From Candidatus Parvarchaeota archaeon (GTDB taxonomy: Archaea; Nanobdellota; Nanobdellia; WJKC01): 61,958 nucleotides of DNA. The stretch lies in the NCBI GenBank assembly GCA_017608505.1, contig JAFCFT010000004.1, positions 1-61,958 of the forward strand, in the 5' to 3' direction. Below the pieces are notes generated by a model. The model was not told where the DNA came from. It saw only the letters and a list, made by a program, of their open reading frames with translations, and made no database searches. This document shows, piece after piece, positions 31,229-40,190 of the stretch. The position numbers and the translations under genes were made by a program. Position 1 is the stretch's first letter; each line of letters starts with the position of its first letter.

Positions 31229-31236
31229 TTTATAAA
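31229..31236 (+). promoter_or_regulatory. TATA box of the 16S rRNA gene
   Basis: TTTATAAA ahead of a leader complementary to the 16S trailer. Confidence 0.7.
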
Positions 31237-31521
31237 CCCTATAATACATCTTTATTTATTGCCGGAATCGGGTTAGATGTGTAAGTAATCTAAGGATTCC
31301 TTACGAAACAGGCGTTAATGGTTACGTGAGAGTGAAGTCCAAGGAATACATTTGTGTTCCCCAACGTACTCTATCCAATAAACAATTCCAGTTGATCCTG
31401 CTGGAGGCCACTGCTATTGGAGTTCGTTAGGCATGCAAGTCGAGGAGTGACTTTTCACTCCTGGCGGACGGTCCAGTAACACGTAGGTAACCTGCCCATG
31501 AGAGGGGGATAACCTCGGGAA

Positions 31522-31966
31522 TGACACCACAGCAACAATTTTAAGATCTTAAAATCTTAAATAAAAAAATGGCAACTATAGATTACATTGCGGGTTTCTT
31601 TGATGGAGAAGGTTCATTGATTATCAGATTTAAAAAAGACAAAAGATATAAAACAGGGATGTTTGTTGAACCAGTGATCAATATTACCCAAAAAGATAAA
31701 CATATTTTGGAGATAATACAACAAAAATACGGAGGAAAAATATATTACCACAAGACAAGTTATGGTACTACAATATTTGGAAATTAAATGATGTTAAAAG
31801 ATTTGCTTTGATGTTGAAGAACAAGTTGGTTATTAAAGCAGACCAATTAAATTGTTTCTTAAAATGCATAGATTATATCTCAATGAAAAAGCATCTTTCT
31901 AAAAGAGGCTTAAGAGAAATAATGTTGCTGTGGAAATCAAACCACATAGGTTTGAATGTCCCCGAA
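31522..31966 (+). mobile_element. 16S intron 1 (about E. coli 160), 445 nt
   Basis: BHB: CGGG/CCCG helix, AA|T and AA|A bulges; removal restores CCTCGGGAAACTGAGG. Confidence 0.92.
31569..31966 (+). pseudogene. Single-motif LAGLIDADG endonuclease, frameshifted near 31754
   Basis: YIAGFFDGEGS; the -1 frame continues DKLWYYNIW...KHLSKRGL. Confidence 0.85.
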
Positions 31967-32565
31967 ACTGAGGACAATACCCCATAGGCGATGGATTCTG
32001 GAATGACCCATCGCTGAAAGGGGCATGGGGAATAGCCCATGTCTGCTCATGGATGGGCCTGCGGCGGATTAGGCTGTTGGTGGTGTAACGGACCACCAAA
32101 CCTAAGATCCGTAGGGGCATTGAAAGATGATGCCTCGGGAAGGGCACTGAGACAAGGGCCCTAGTCCTAAGGGGTGCAGCAGTCACGAAGTCTCCGCAAT
32201 GCGCGAAAGCGTGACGGGGGAACTCCAAGTGCGCTATCACTGATGGTGCTGTGGCGAAGTGTAAACAGCTTCGCAAGAAAGGGGTGGGCAAGACTGGTGC
32301 CAGCAGCCGCGGTAATCCCAGCGCCTCAAGTGGTGGCCATGTTTATTGGGCCTAAAGCATCCGTAGCCGGACTAGTAAGTCCTCTGTGAAATCGACCAGC
32401 TTAACTGTTCGGCGTGCAGAGGATACTGCTAGTCTAGGGACCGGGAGGGGTCAGGGGTATTCCTGGGGTAAGGGTTAAATCTTATAATCCCAGGAGGACC
32501 ATCGGTGGCGAAGGCGCCTGACTAGAACGGGTCCGACGGTGATAGGATGAAAGCTGGGGGAGCGA

Positions 32566-33372
32566 ATTGCAATTAGAGGAAAGTAATAAATACTTGGACT
32601 TCCTTAGGGTATCAATGCGGATTAGAAAAATAATAGAACTAGGCAGTTTCTTACTTTCCGATGGTGGTGTAAGTCCCAGAGGCAAAAAAAGTTGGACAAT
32701 ATACTTGAGAAACAAAGACAGAAAAATAATTGAAGAATTTCAAAATTTACTTAAGCAACTTTCAGGAAGAACAGGGTACATAATACACAAACCAGATGGA
32801 ACACATATTGTGAAGATACATAACAAAGAATTAGGGGATGAATTATTAAATGTGTTTAACACATTAAGAACGACTCGATGTGAAACGTATCCTTCATGCA
32901 GAAAAAGAAATGTATGTAAGAGATGCAATGAAAAACGAGATTATCCACATATTACAATACCTAAAATATTATACGAAAGTAGAAAGCTAAGTATAAAGTT
33001 TATTAGAAATTACATATCTTGTGATGGAGGTGTTGGATTAAGTATAGGATTAAAAAACAAGTCTTACTTTTTAGTAAGAAAAGTATTCATCGAATGCAAA
33101 AACCCAGGGTTAAAAGAGAATTTGATAACCCTTTTAGAAAATTTAGGATACACTCCAAAAACATATGGCAACCAAATTAGATTAACAACAAAGAAAGACA
33201 TTATTAAATTTAAAAAAGAAATAGGATTCATAAAAGGCTGTAAGATAACCAAACATTCTCAAAGGTTTAAGGGTAAAGAAAAAAATTGGTTGTTGAGTCA
33301 AATGATAAAATCTTATCAAAACCCTAAGGAATTCATCCAAGTATTATTATGAGTACTCTATTGCAAGCTTAA
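32566..33372 (+). mobile_element. 16S intron 2 (about 781), 807 nt
   Basis: GAGC/GCTT helix, GA|A and AA|A bulges, long terminal stem. Confidence 0.92.
32615..33352 (+). CDS. Double-motif LAGLIDADG homing endonuclease
   Basis: ELGSFLLSDGGV and FIRNYISCDGGV; F.KEIGF. Confidence 0.85.
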   Translation: MRIRKIIELGSFLLSDGGVSPRGKKSWTIYLRNKDRKIIEEFQNLLKQLSGRTGYIIHKPDGTHIVKIHNKELGDELLNVFNTLRTTRCETYPSCRKRNVCKRCNEKRDYPHITIPKILYESRKLSIKFIRNYISCDGGVGLSIGLKNKSYFLVRKVFIECKNPGLKENLITLLENLGYTPKTYGNQIRLTTKKDIIKFKKEIGFIKGCKITKHSQRFKGKEKNWLLSQMIKSYQNPKEFIQVLL

Positions 33373-33384
33373 AACGGATTAGAT

Positions 33385-33420
33385 TCCGACCTCAGCATAC
33401 ACAGGTTGGGTTGGCTAAAA
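33385..33420 (+). other. 16S mini-intron 3 (about 793), 36 nt
   Basis: TTAG/CTAA helix; removal restores GGATTAGATACCC. Confidence 0.92.
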
Positions 33421-33508
33421 ACCCGTGTAGTCCCAGCCGTAAACGCTGCCCGTTAGGTGTTGCACGTCTCTTGAGGGCGTGCAGTGCCGAAGCGAAGGCA
33501 TTAAACGG

Positions 33509-33542
<34 letters not shown>

Positions 33543-33578
33543 TAAAGGAATTGGCGGGGGAACACAACAAGGGGTGCC

Positions 33579-34374
33579 AAGAGGATAGGATGAAACAAAT
33601 TAAGTAGTAAGTAAATCTTATTAATTACAACAACCTACTTTAACCGCATGCCACGCTTGTCGTACAGCAAGCAAGAATTAATAAGTGCCTTTAACAGACT
33701 AAGTAAACTAACAAATAATTTTTCTGACATTAAAGAAGAAATACTATCAGAAAATCCAAAATTTATGAGGGTCTTTAGAATGCTAATTAAAAAAAGCTTA
33801 CATGAAATGAGTACATTGACAGGCAAAAACTATATAACAATATCGCAATATGAGAGAGGTAAAATTAAGAAAATTCCATATTCAACGTCCAGAAACATAC
33901 TGAAAAAAATAATACCGTTGTTGCCTAAAAAAATCAGTAAAAAAATATTGATCAACAATTATAAATATTTTAAAGAATTATCAGCGGGCGGAGTTAAACA
34001 AGCAATTCTTAGAGCCGAGAAAATGGAATTAACAAAACAGGAAAAACTAGTCAAAGAATTTTTAATAAAAAATAAAATTAAGCACAAAGAACATGTAAGC
34101 TTTAAAACTAATGTAGGTTTACTAAATTTTGATTTTATAATAAAAGACAGATATGTTGTTGAATGTACTAAAGTAACTAATAAAATGAAAGCAGAATCAC
34201 TTGGTTTTAGAGCGATTAAATTAAAAGAAGCTCATCCAAATTTAAAATTAGTTGCTTTTATACCATCAAATGTCAATAAAGGTTATATCAATAGACTAAT
34301 AGACTACGATTTTATAATTAAAGAAAATAAGATTTACGAACTACTTAATTTAAAGTAATCCTTCTTCTCACCAA
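33579..34374 (+). mobile_element. 16S intron 4 (about 946), 796 nt
   Basis: GGTG/CACC helix, CC|A and AA|T bulges. Confidence 0.9.
33648..34358 (+). CDS. XRE-HTH plus PD-(D/E)xK-like putative homing nuclease
   Basis: ITISQYERG HTH; T.QE...NFDF...VVECTK. Confidence 0.7.
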   Translation: MPRLSYSKQELISAFNRLSKLTNNFSDIKEEILSENPKFMRVFRMLIKKSLHEMSTLTGKNYITISQYERGKIKKIPYSTSRNILKKIIPLLPKKISKKILINNYKYFKELSAGGVKQAILRAEKMELTKQEKLVKEFLIKNKIKHKEHVSFKTNVGLLNFDFIIKDRYVVECTKVTNKMKAESLGFRAIKLKEAHPNLKLVAFIPSNVNKGYINRLIDYDFIIKENKIYELLNLK

Positions 34375-34626
34375 TCGTGCGGTTTAATTGGACCTAACAC
34401 CGTAAATCTCACCAGGGGCGACAGCAGGATGAAGGTCAGTCTGAAGGGCTTACCTAACGCGCTGAGAAGAGGTGCATGGCCGTCGTCAGCTCGTGCTGTG
34501 AAGTGTCCTGTCAAGTCAGGTAACGAGCGAGACCCACGTCTCTAGTTGCTATCATGAGTCTTCGGATTCGTGAGCACACTAGAGAGACTGCCCTCGAAAG
34601 AGGGAGGAAGGCGTGGACCACGGTAG

Positions 34627-35442
34627 ACGGTTGAAGCAACCTTTATAAGCCTTTATTGCTTGGTCAGTATCATGCCACCTACGTCAGTAACAACTAATAA
34701 ATTAATAAATGACTACAAAGAGTTAAAAGAACTAACAGAGAATTTCACTAATTTGCAAAGTAACGTACTTGAAAACAAACCAAGTTATTTATTAGTATTT
34801 AGACTCATGTTAGGATTATCTCAAAATGAACTAGAAAAAGCTATAGGACTAAATTCAAAAAATATTTCTAAATACGAACTTGGGAAAATTAAGAAGATGA
34901 GGAAAAAAACCGCAGAACGGTTTTTAAGGATAATCAGAAAAAAATTAAGCAATACTAGTAAGAGCAATCTCATTAACAATGCAATAAGGATGCAAAATGA
35001 ATCTTCTGGGTGGTTTAAAGCAAACAATGACACAAGCAAAGCATTAGAAGCCAGAAGAAAATCTGCAATAAAAACACTTTCTAAAAGTAAAACACAACAA
35101 GAAAATGTTCTCGAAACACTATTAATAAAGCACAATATTAAATACAAAAGAAACTACCCAATTAGGAATAACATAATTGTAGATTTTTATATACCAGAAA
35201 TACCATTAATCATTGAATGCAAAAAACTAACCACTGCAAAGCCACAAGGACAAAGAAGAAAGATAATGGAATTGGCATACCAAGCGTACAGAATAAGATA
35301 TTTATATCCAAAATATAAAATAATCGCGCTAATTGAAACAAAACTGCCTTTAAGAAAAAGAGATATTGATGAATTAGTTCCTTTTGATAAAATATTCAAA
35401 TCAACAGATTCGTTAATTATGTGGTTGCTTCAATCGACCGAA
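34627..35442 (+). mobile_element. 16S intron 5 (about 1197), 816 nt
   Basis: CGGT/ACCG helix, AG|A and AA|G bulges, 14-bp terminal stem. Confidence 0.92.
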
Positions 35443-35457
35443 GTCAGTATGCCCTGA
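34672..35457 (+). CDS. XRE-HTH plus PD-(D/E)xK-like putative homing nuclease (stop codon lies in the exon)
   Basis: GLSQNEL...ISKYELG; TQQE...IVDFY...IIECKK. Confidence 0.7.
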   Translation: MPPTSVTTNKLINDYKELKELTENFTNLQSNVLENKPSYLLVFRLMLGLSQNELEKAIGLNSKNISKYELGKIKKMRKKTAERFLRIIRKKLSNTSKSNLINNAIRMQNESSGWFKANNDTSKALEARRKSAIKTLSKSKTQQENVLETLLIKHNIKYKRNYPIRNNIIVDFYIPEIPLIIECKKLTTAKPQGQRRKIMELAYQAYRIRYLYPKYKIIALIETKLPLRKRDIDELVPFDKIFKSTDSLIMWLLQSTEVSMP

Positions 35458-35877
35458 ATCCCCTGGGCTACACGCGCGAAGCAATGGCCGGGACAATTGG
35501 ACGCTACACCGAAAGGTGACGCAAATCCCCTAAACCCGGTCGCAGTATGAATCGAGGATTGGAACCCATCCTCGTGAAATCGAAATCCCTAGTAATCGCG
35601 TCTCAGAAAGTCGCGATGAACCTGTCCCTGTTCCTTGCACACACTGCCCATCAAACCACTCGAGTTGAGTATGGGTGAGGCATCATCGTCAGATGGTGTC
35701 GAACCTGTGCTCGATGAGAAGGGTTAAGTTGACACAAGGTATCCGTAGGGGAACCTGCGGATGGATCACCTCCTATTATTTTATCTAATAAGAGGTTAGG
35801 ACTCGCCTCACAATTATTAACGCCTGACCCGATTCCTGTTTATTTTTTCTTAATAGTTTTCTTTCTTATCTTCTTTA

Positions 35878-36274
35878 TTATCTTCTGCCTATGCGGAACT
35901 TCTTAATTTTTTTAAGCAATAAGTACTCATCTATAGGTTTTTTAATATAACCCTTAACAGGAGGCTTAATCACTGGTTTCCAACCCATCCTTTCCTGTTT
36001 AGGAGTTAATGCAAAAGTCTCAACAGCAGTCAAGCATATAACCATGGCTTTAGGGCTTTTAATTTTTACTTCTTCAACAATTTCATCAGGCCTTGGACCA
36101 GGCATCATAACATCAAGGAGAAATATGTCTATGTTTTTGTTTAACTTATTAATGCAATCTAAACGTCTGTTGCAGTAATTACATAATATCCAGCATTAAT
36201 AAACCAAATTTTTACTAGCTCGCGAAATCCTTATTGTCGTACACAACTATTACAAGCAACTTTTTCTTTTTCAT
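35878..36274 (-). pseudogene. Receiver-domain (CheY-like) pseudogene
   Basis: IFLLDVMMPG and YIKKP; two frameshifts in the 5' half. Confidence 0.75.
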
Positions 36275-36289
36275 TAATAAAAAATAAGA

Positions 36290-36703
36290 TGCGCAAATTT
36301 ACAATCTTTTTCTGTTTGATTTTTTGAATACTTTCTTGGCAGGTTTAAGTGCGCCATTTACAGTTTTTAATAAATCATCAGGCACAAAGTTTAAGCAACA
36401 CTCTAACTATAAGATTAAGGTATTTTTCTTTTAATTCTTTTTCAACACTAGCTGGGCTTGCAGTTGTAGGAAATACTTTATTTCAATACTTAAGGCATTT
36501 AGTTTGTCTAAAAAGTCTTTGGCCTTGCATTTCGCCGGCCAACTTCAAATCAAGCAAAACAACATCAATATTATCATTCTTAATAAGTACTAATCTTCTT
36601 CAGCACTGTCAACGTATATGTACTCATAACCAGTATTTTTAAAGATGTCTTTGCCTAAAATCCTAATAACTTCATCATCTTCTATGTGCAATATTTTAGT
36701 CAT
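36290..36703 (-). pseudogene. Second receiver-domain pseudogene (3' end approximate)
   Basis: MTKILHIEDD..., then VVLLDLKLAG and PDDLLKTV in shifted frames. Confidence 0.7.
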
Positions 36704-37298
36704 AAATAATCTCCTTTAGCGTTTTTTTAATTATCAATTCTGAGCTCATGCTGTGGATTACTATTGGGACTTCAATAACTTTTAAAAATGCTTCTGTATT
36801 GTCATCTTCTGTTTCGAATAATTCTCTTTTCATGAAAAAATAGTCAAACTGACTTATAAGGCCATAAATAATTCTTATAATAAGATTTTTGCAATAACGC
36901 TCCCAAAACCTAACTCGCTCAACATCATCAGAAAATTGATCATAAAAACTGTGAACAAGCGTATTATCAAAATCTGAGAAAACTAAATCTGGATTGAATT
37001 TTTTAAGACGTTTATAAGCATCTTTTAGATTATGAACATAATAATCGCAGTTATCTACGCCAATTCCTTTGTCTCCATCGCGCAAAATCAAACATTTTTT
37101 GTATTTAAAACCTAATTTTTTTGCTAAAGAGTCTGCAAGTTCCATATCAACTAACCTGTCTCCAAGAAAGAAAACTCTTTTAGGGTTAAGTTTGTGTGTT
37201 TTAAAATATTTAACAAAGGCGTCTGTGCAAGGCTTAAAACCGCCATTAAATGCCATATACCAAGAACCTATTATATGCACTTGCGAAGGCAAAACCAT
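36696..37298 (-). CDS. HAD-superfamily-like protein with permuted motif order
   Basis: KP and GDRLVD precede DFDNTL and HSMS. Confidence 0.65.
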   Translation of the reverse strand: MVLPSQVHIIGSWYMAFNGGFKPCTDAFVKYFKTHKLNPKRVFFLGDRLVDMELADSLAKKLGFKYKKCLILRDGDKGIGVDNCDYYVHNLKDAYKRLKKFNPDLVFSDFDNTLVHSFYDQFSDDVERVRFWERYCKNLIIRIIYGLISQFDYFFMKRELFETEDDNTEAFLKVIEVPIVIHSMSSELIIKKTLKEIIYD

Positions 37299-37346
37299 GA
37301 ATATAATTATTTACCGCAATTTTTTATAATTTTGTATGCGCCAAAA

Positions 37347-37445
37347 AATGGACCGGCCGGGAAGCCAGAGAGGGGGAAGCTTCCCCCTCCCTAAGCCTAC
37401 CCACCCCCTCTAAGTCTTTTTTAGAAAATAATGGACCGGCCGGGA
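37347..37445. repeat. 16-bp duplication of the tRNA-Ala 3' end flanking a 67-bp hairpin element
   Basis: aatggaccggccggga at 37347 and 37430; agggggaa-gc-ttccccct. Confidence 0.85.
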
Positions 37446-37504
37446 CTTGAACCCGGGACCTCCCCGTTGCAAGCGAGGTGATCTACCAACTGATCTACCG
37501 GCCC
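37432..37504 (-). tRNA. tRNA-Ala(TGC)
   Basis: Cloverleaf with G3:U70. Confidence 0.97.
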
Positions 37505-37623
37505 GCGTAGTAAAAATATTATTGAAAGATTTTTAAAGTTTTACTTTAATAAATAACATAATATCATGCTCACCATTCACCGCTGTGGTGAGAGAGGGTT
37601 CTGCAAACCGCGGCGCAGGACCC

Positions 37624-38163
37624 TCATATTATTATTGGTCCTTGTCTTATCACCTTTTTATTAATAGTATCATATATTGTCGAAGGAGGTGTTTCTTTTA
37701 ATTTTCCGACACAAATTTTATAATCAACACCTTTTAAGTCAGGACAATCGTAAGGGTTTGGACCTCCAGAAATATTCGCACTGGTTGCAGTTATTGGCTT
37801 CCCAAAACTACACACTAATTTGCGCGCCACTGGATGAGAACTAATTCTAAAGGCGACCATATCGCCGCAAAGAATGTCTGGAAACACCTTGTTTTTTACT
37901 ATTAATGTAAGCGGTCCTGGCATGTAACGGTCCATTAATTCCTCAGCATGCGGATTTAGGCAAGCATAATCTTTTATCATTTCTTTAGAAGACACAATAA
38001 CAGATATTGACTTGTCAAAGGGCCTTTTCTTTATTTTGTATACTTTACGTATTGCAAAAGGATTTGTCGCGTCAGCACCAAGACCATAACAGGTTTCAGT
38101 AGGATAAATAACAACACCTCCTTGCTTTAATACATCCACTGCTTTTGATATCGAGTATTTCAT
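37624..38163 (-). CDS. sua5: Threonylcarbamoyl-AMP synthase (Sua5/TsaC)
   Basis: PTETCYGL, K.R, PGPLT, TSANISG. Confidence 0.95.
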   Translation of the reverse strand: MKYSISKAVDVLKQGGVVIYPTETCYGLGADATNPFAIRKVYKIKKRPFDKSISVIVSSKEMIKDYACLNPHAEELMDRYMPGPLTLIVKNKVFPDILCGDMVAFRISSHPVARKLVCSFGKPITATSANISGGPNPYDCPDLKGVDYKICVGKLKETPPSTIYDTINKKVIRQGPIII

Positions 38164-38219
38164 ATGTTTTCAATTCATTAACCATTTGTTAATCATTAAT
38201 AAAATTTAGAACAGTAACC

Positions 38220-38227
38220 TTTATAAA
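38220..38227 (+). promoter_or_regulatory. TATA box of the 23S rRNA gene
   Basis: TTTATAAA ahead of a leader complementary to the 23S trailer. Confidence 0.7.
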
Positions 38228-38917
38228 CCAGTCTCTTCTATTTTTGTTTTAGTGGTCGAAATGAGTGCGTAAAATAACACGAAACTTTCTGACAACCCTT
38301 AGAGGTTGTAGACCACGTGTTAAAAAACATATGAGCTCCTTGAGTGAAGGCTCCTGGAGTGATGGCGGATAATATTTATGACGCCGTTGCATAGGCCGGA
38401 ATTAAGTAGTTCACAGGGGACTACTTAGAAACTCTCACTCTTTTGGATGTGAAAGACGCTGTTAGGTGGATGACTTGGCTTGAGTGTCGATGAAGAGCCT
38501 GGCAAGCTGGGATAAGCCCCGGGGAACCGCTATGCAGGTCTCGATCCGGGGATGCTTGAATGGGACTTCCCGCCACTAAGTGATTAGTGGCACTCCGTTA
38601 AGGAGGGAGAACTCGGGGAATCGAAACATCCTAGTACCCGTAGGAAAAGAAACCAATAGGGATGCCGTGAGTAAGGGCGACTGAAAGCGGCACAGGGCAA
38701 ACCGAACCCTGTTAGGCGACTAGCAGGGGATGTGGGGTTTTGGACCTCCTATTGAGCACTCGCAAGCGAATCCAAAGTCCGCTGGAACGCGGCGCCATAG
38801 AGGGTGATAGCCCCTTAGGAGTAAGCAAGCGAGTGTGTGGAGGTATCCAGAGTACTTGGCATTGGAAATTGTCAAGGAATATGGGTGACAACGACATCCA
38901 ACCCTAAATACACCTCA

Positions 38918-38948
<31 letters not shown>

Positions 38949-40190
38949 CGTTGAAAAGAATCCTAAATAGGGAAGTGAAAAGAGCCTGAAACCTAACAGC
39001 CACGGTTGATTGCGGCCTAAAAGAGCTCGCGAGAGAAGAGAAGCTGAGTAATCAGTGGATCTATCACGCGAGTAGTCGAGGTTGCAACATCATTTTGGGA
39101 TAAATGGCCAGGGAGTTTACGTCAGTGGCGAGACAAACGGCGAAAAACCGTGTGTCGCAGCGAAAGCAACAAGCCCGCAGGCAACGAGGGGCGGGGTGTG
39201 AAAGCGCCCGGAGTCACTGGCGTAAGACCCGAAGCCGGTCGATCTAGCCCTGGGCAAGGTGAAGTCCCTCGAAAGAGGGGTGGAGGCCTGAAGCAGTTCT
39301 GTGTACAGGCGTTTGTCTGACCTGGGGCTAGGAGTGAAAAACTAATCGTGATCGGCGATAGCTGGTTCCTCCCGAAGTAGGCTACAGTCTAGCCTCGCCT
39401 GAGATAGTATGAGGGGTAGAGCTACCAATCGGGTGTTTAGGGTTCGAAAGAGCTCGGCATCCGGTTGAACTCCGAATCCTCATACATCGTAGACGGCGGG
39501 AGTCGGGGGCTCGGGTTAAGCTCGGGTTCCGAGAGAGGAACAACTCAGACAGGGGTTAAGGCCCTTAAATCCTGACTAAGTGAGGAAAGGCATTCATGCC
39601 CTAAAACAATGGGGAGGTAGGCTTAGAAGTAGCCATCCTATAATGAGTGTGTAACAACTCACCCATCTAGGGCATGGGTCCTGAAAATGGACGGGACTAA
39701 GTCAGGTGCCGATACCCCTGGCCCCAAGACGAAAGTCTTGGTGACGCGGTAGGGAGGCGTCCTGCGTGCGTAGAAGCAAGGCCGTGAGGTCTTGTGGAGC
39801 GCGTCGGATTGAGAATCCTGGCAGTAGTAGCATCTGAGAAGGGTGAGAACCCCTTCCGGCGAAAGGGCAAGGGTTCCTCAGCTCTGCATGGTCAACTGAG
39901 GGTTAGTCGGTCCTAAGGGTTACCTTAATCGGGAAGCCCGAAAGGGAAACGGGTTTATATTCCCGTACCACTCCTGTACGTGCGGCGACGCAAGGCAGGT
40001 GGTCGTGACGCTTCCGGGTAGGCTCTGCAAAGCTATCGCTTTGTCTAAAAGGGATAGGCCTGGGGAGTAACGTAATGTTGAGAACCAGGTTAAACCTTGA
40101 ATGGACTGCCGCAAGGCGGTTAGAGCCGATCCCTGGAGCCCGTGAAAAACGAGCCTGCAAGGATCAGGAGTGACCGTACCCAGAACCGGC

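Noticed and set aside
34433-34441. Alternative target AGGTCAGTC for the C/D D-guide
   Set aside because: Only 9 bp and unpaired next to box D; the spliced-junction match is longer and fits N+5
38255-38300. Hammerhead-like ATGA-stem-GAAAC in the 23S leader
   Set aside because: Lacks the CUGAnGA core and a stem III
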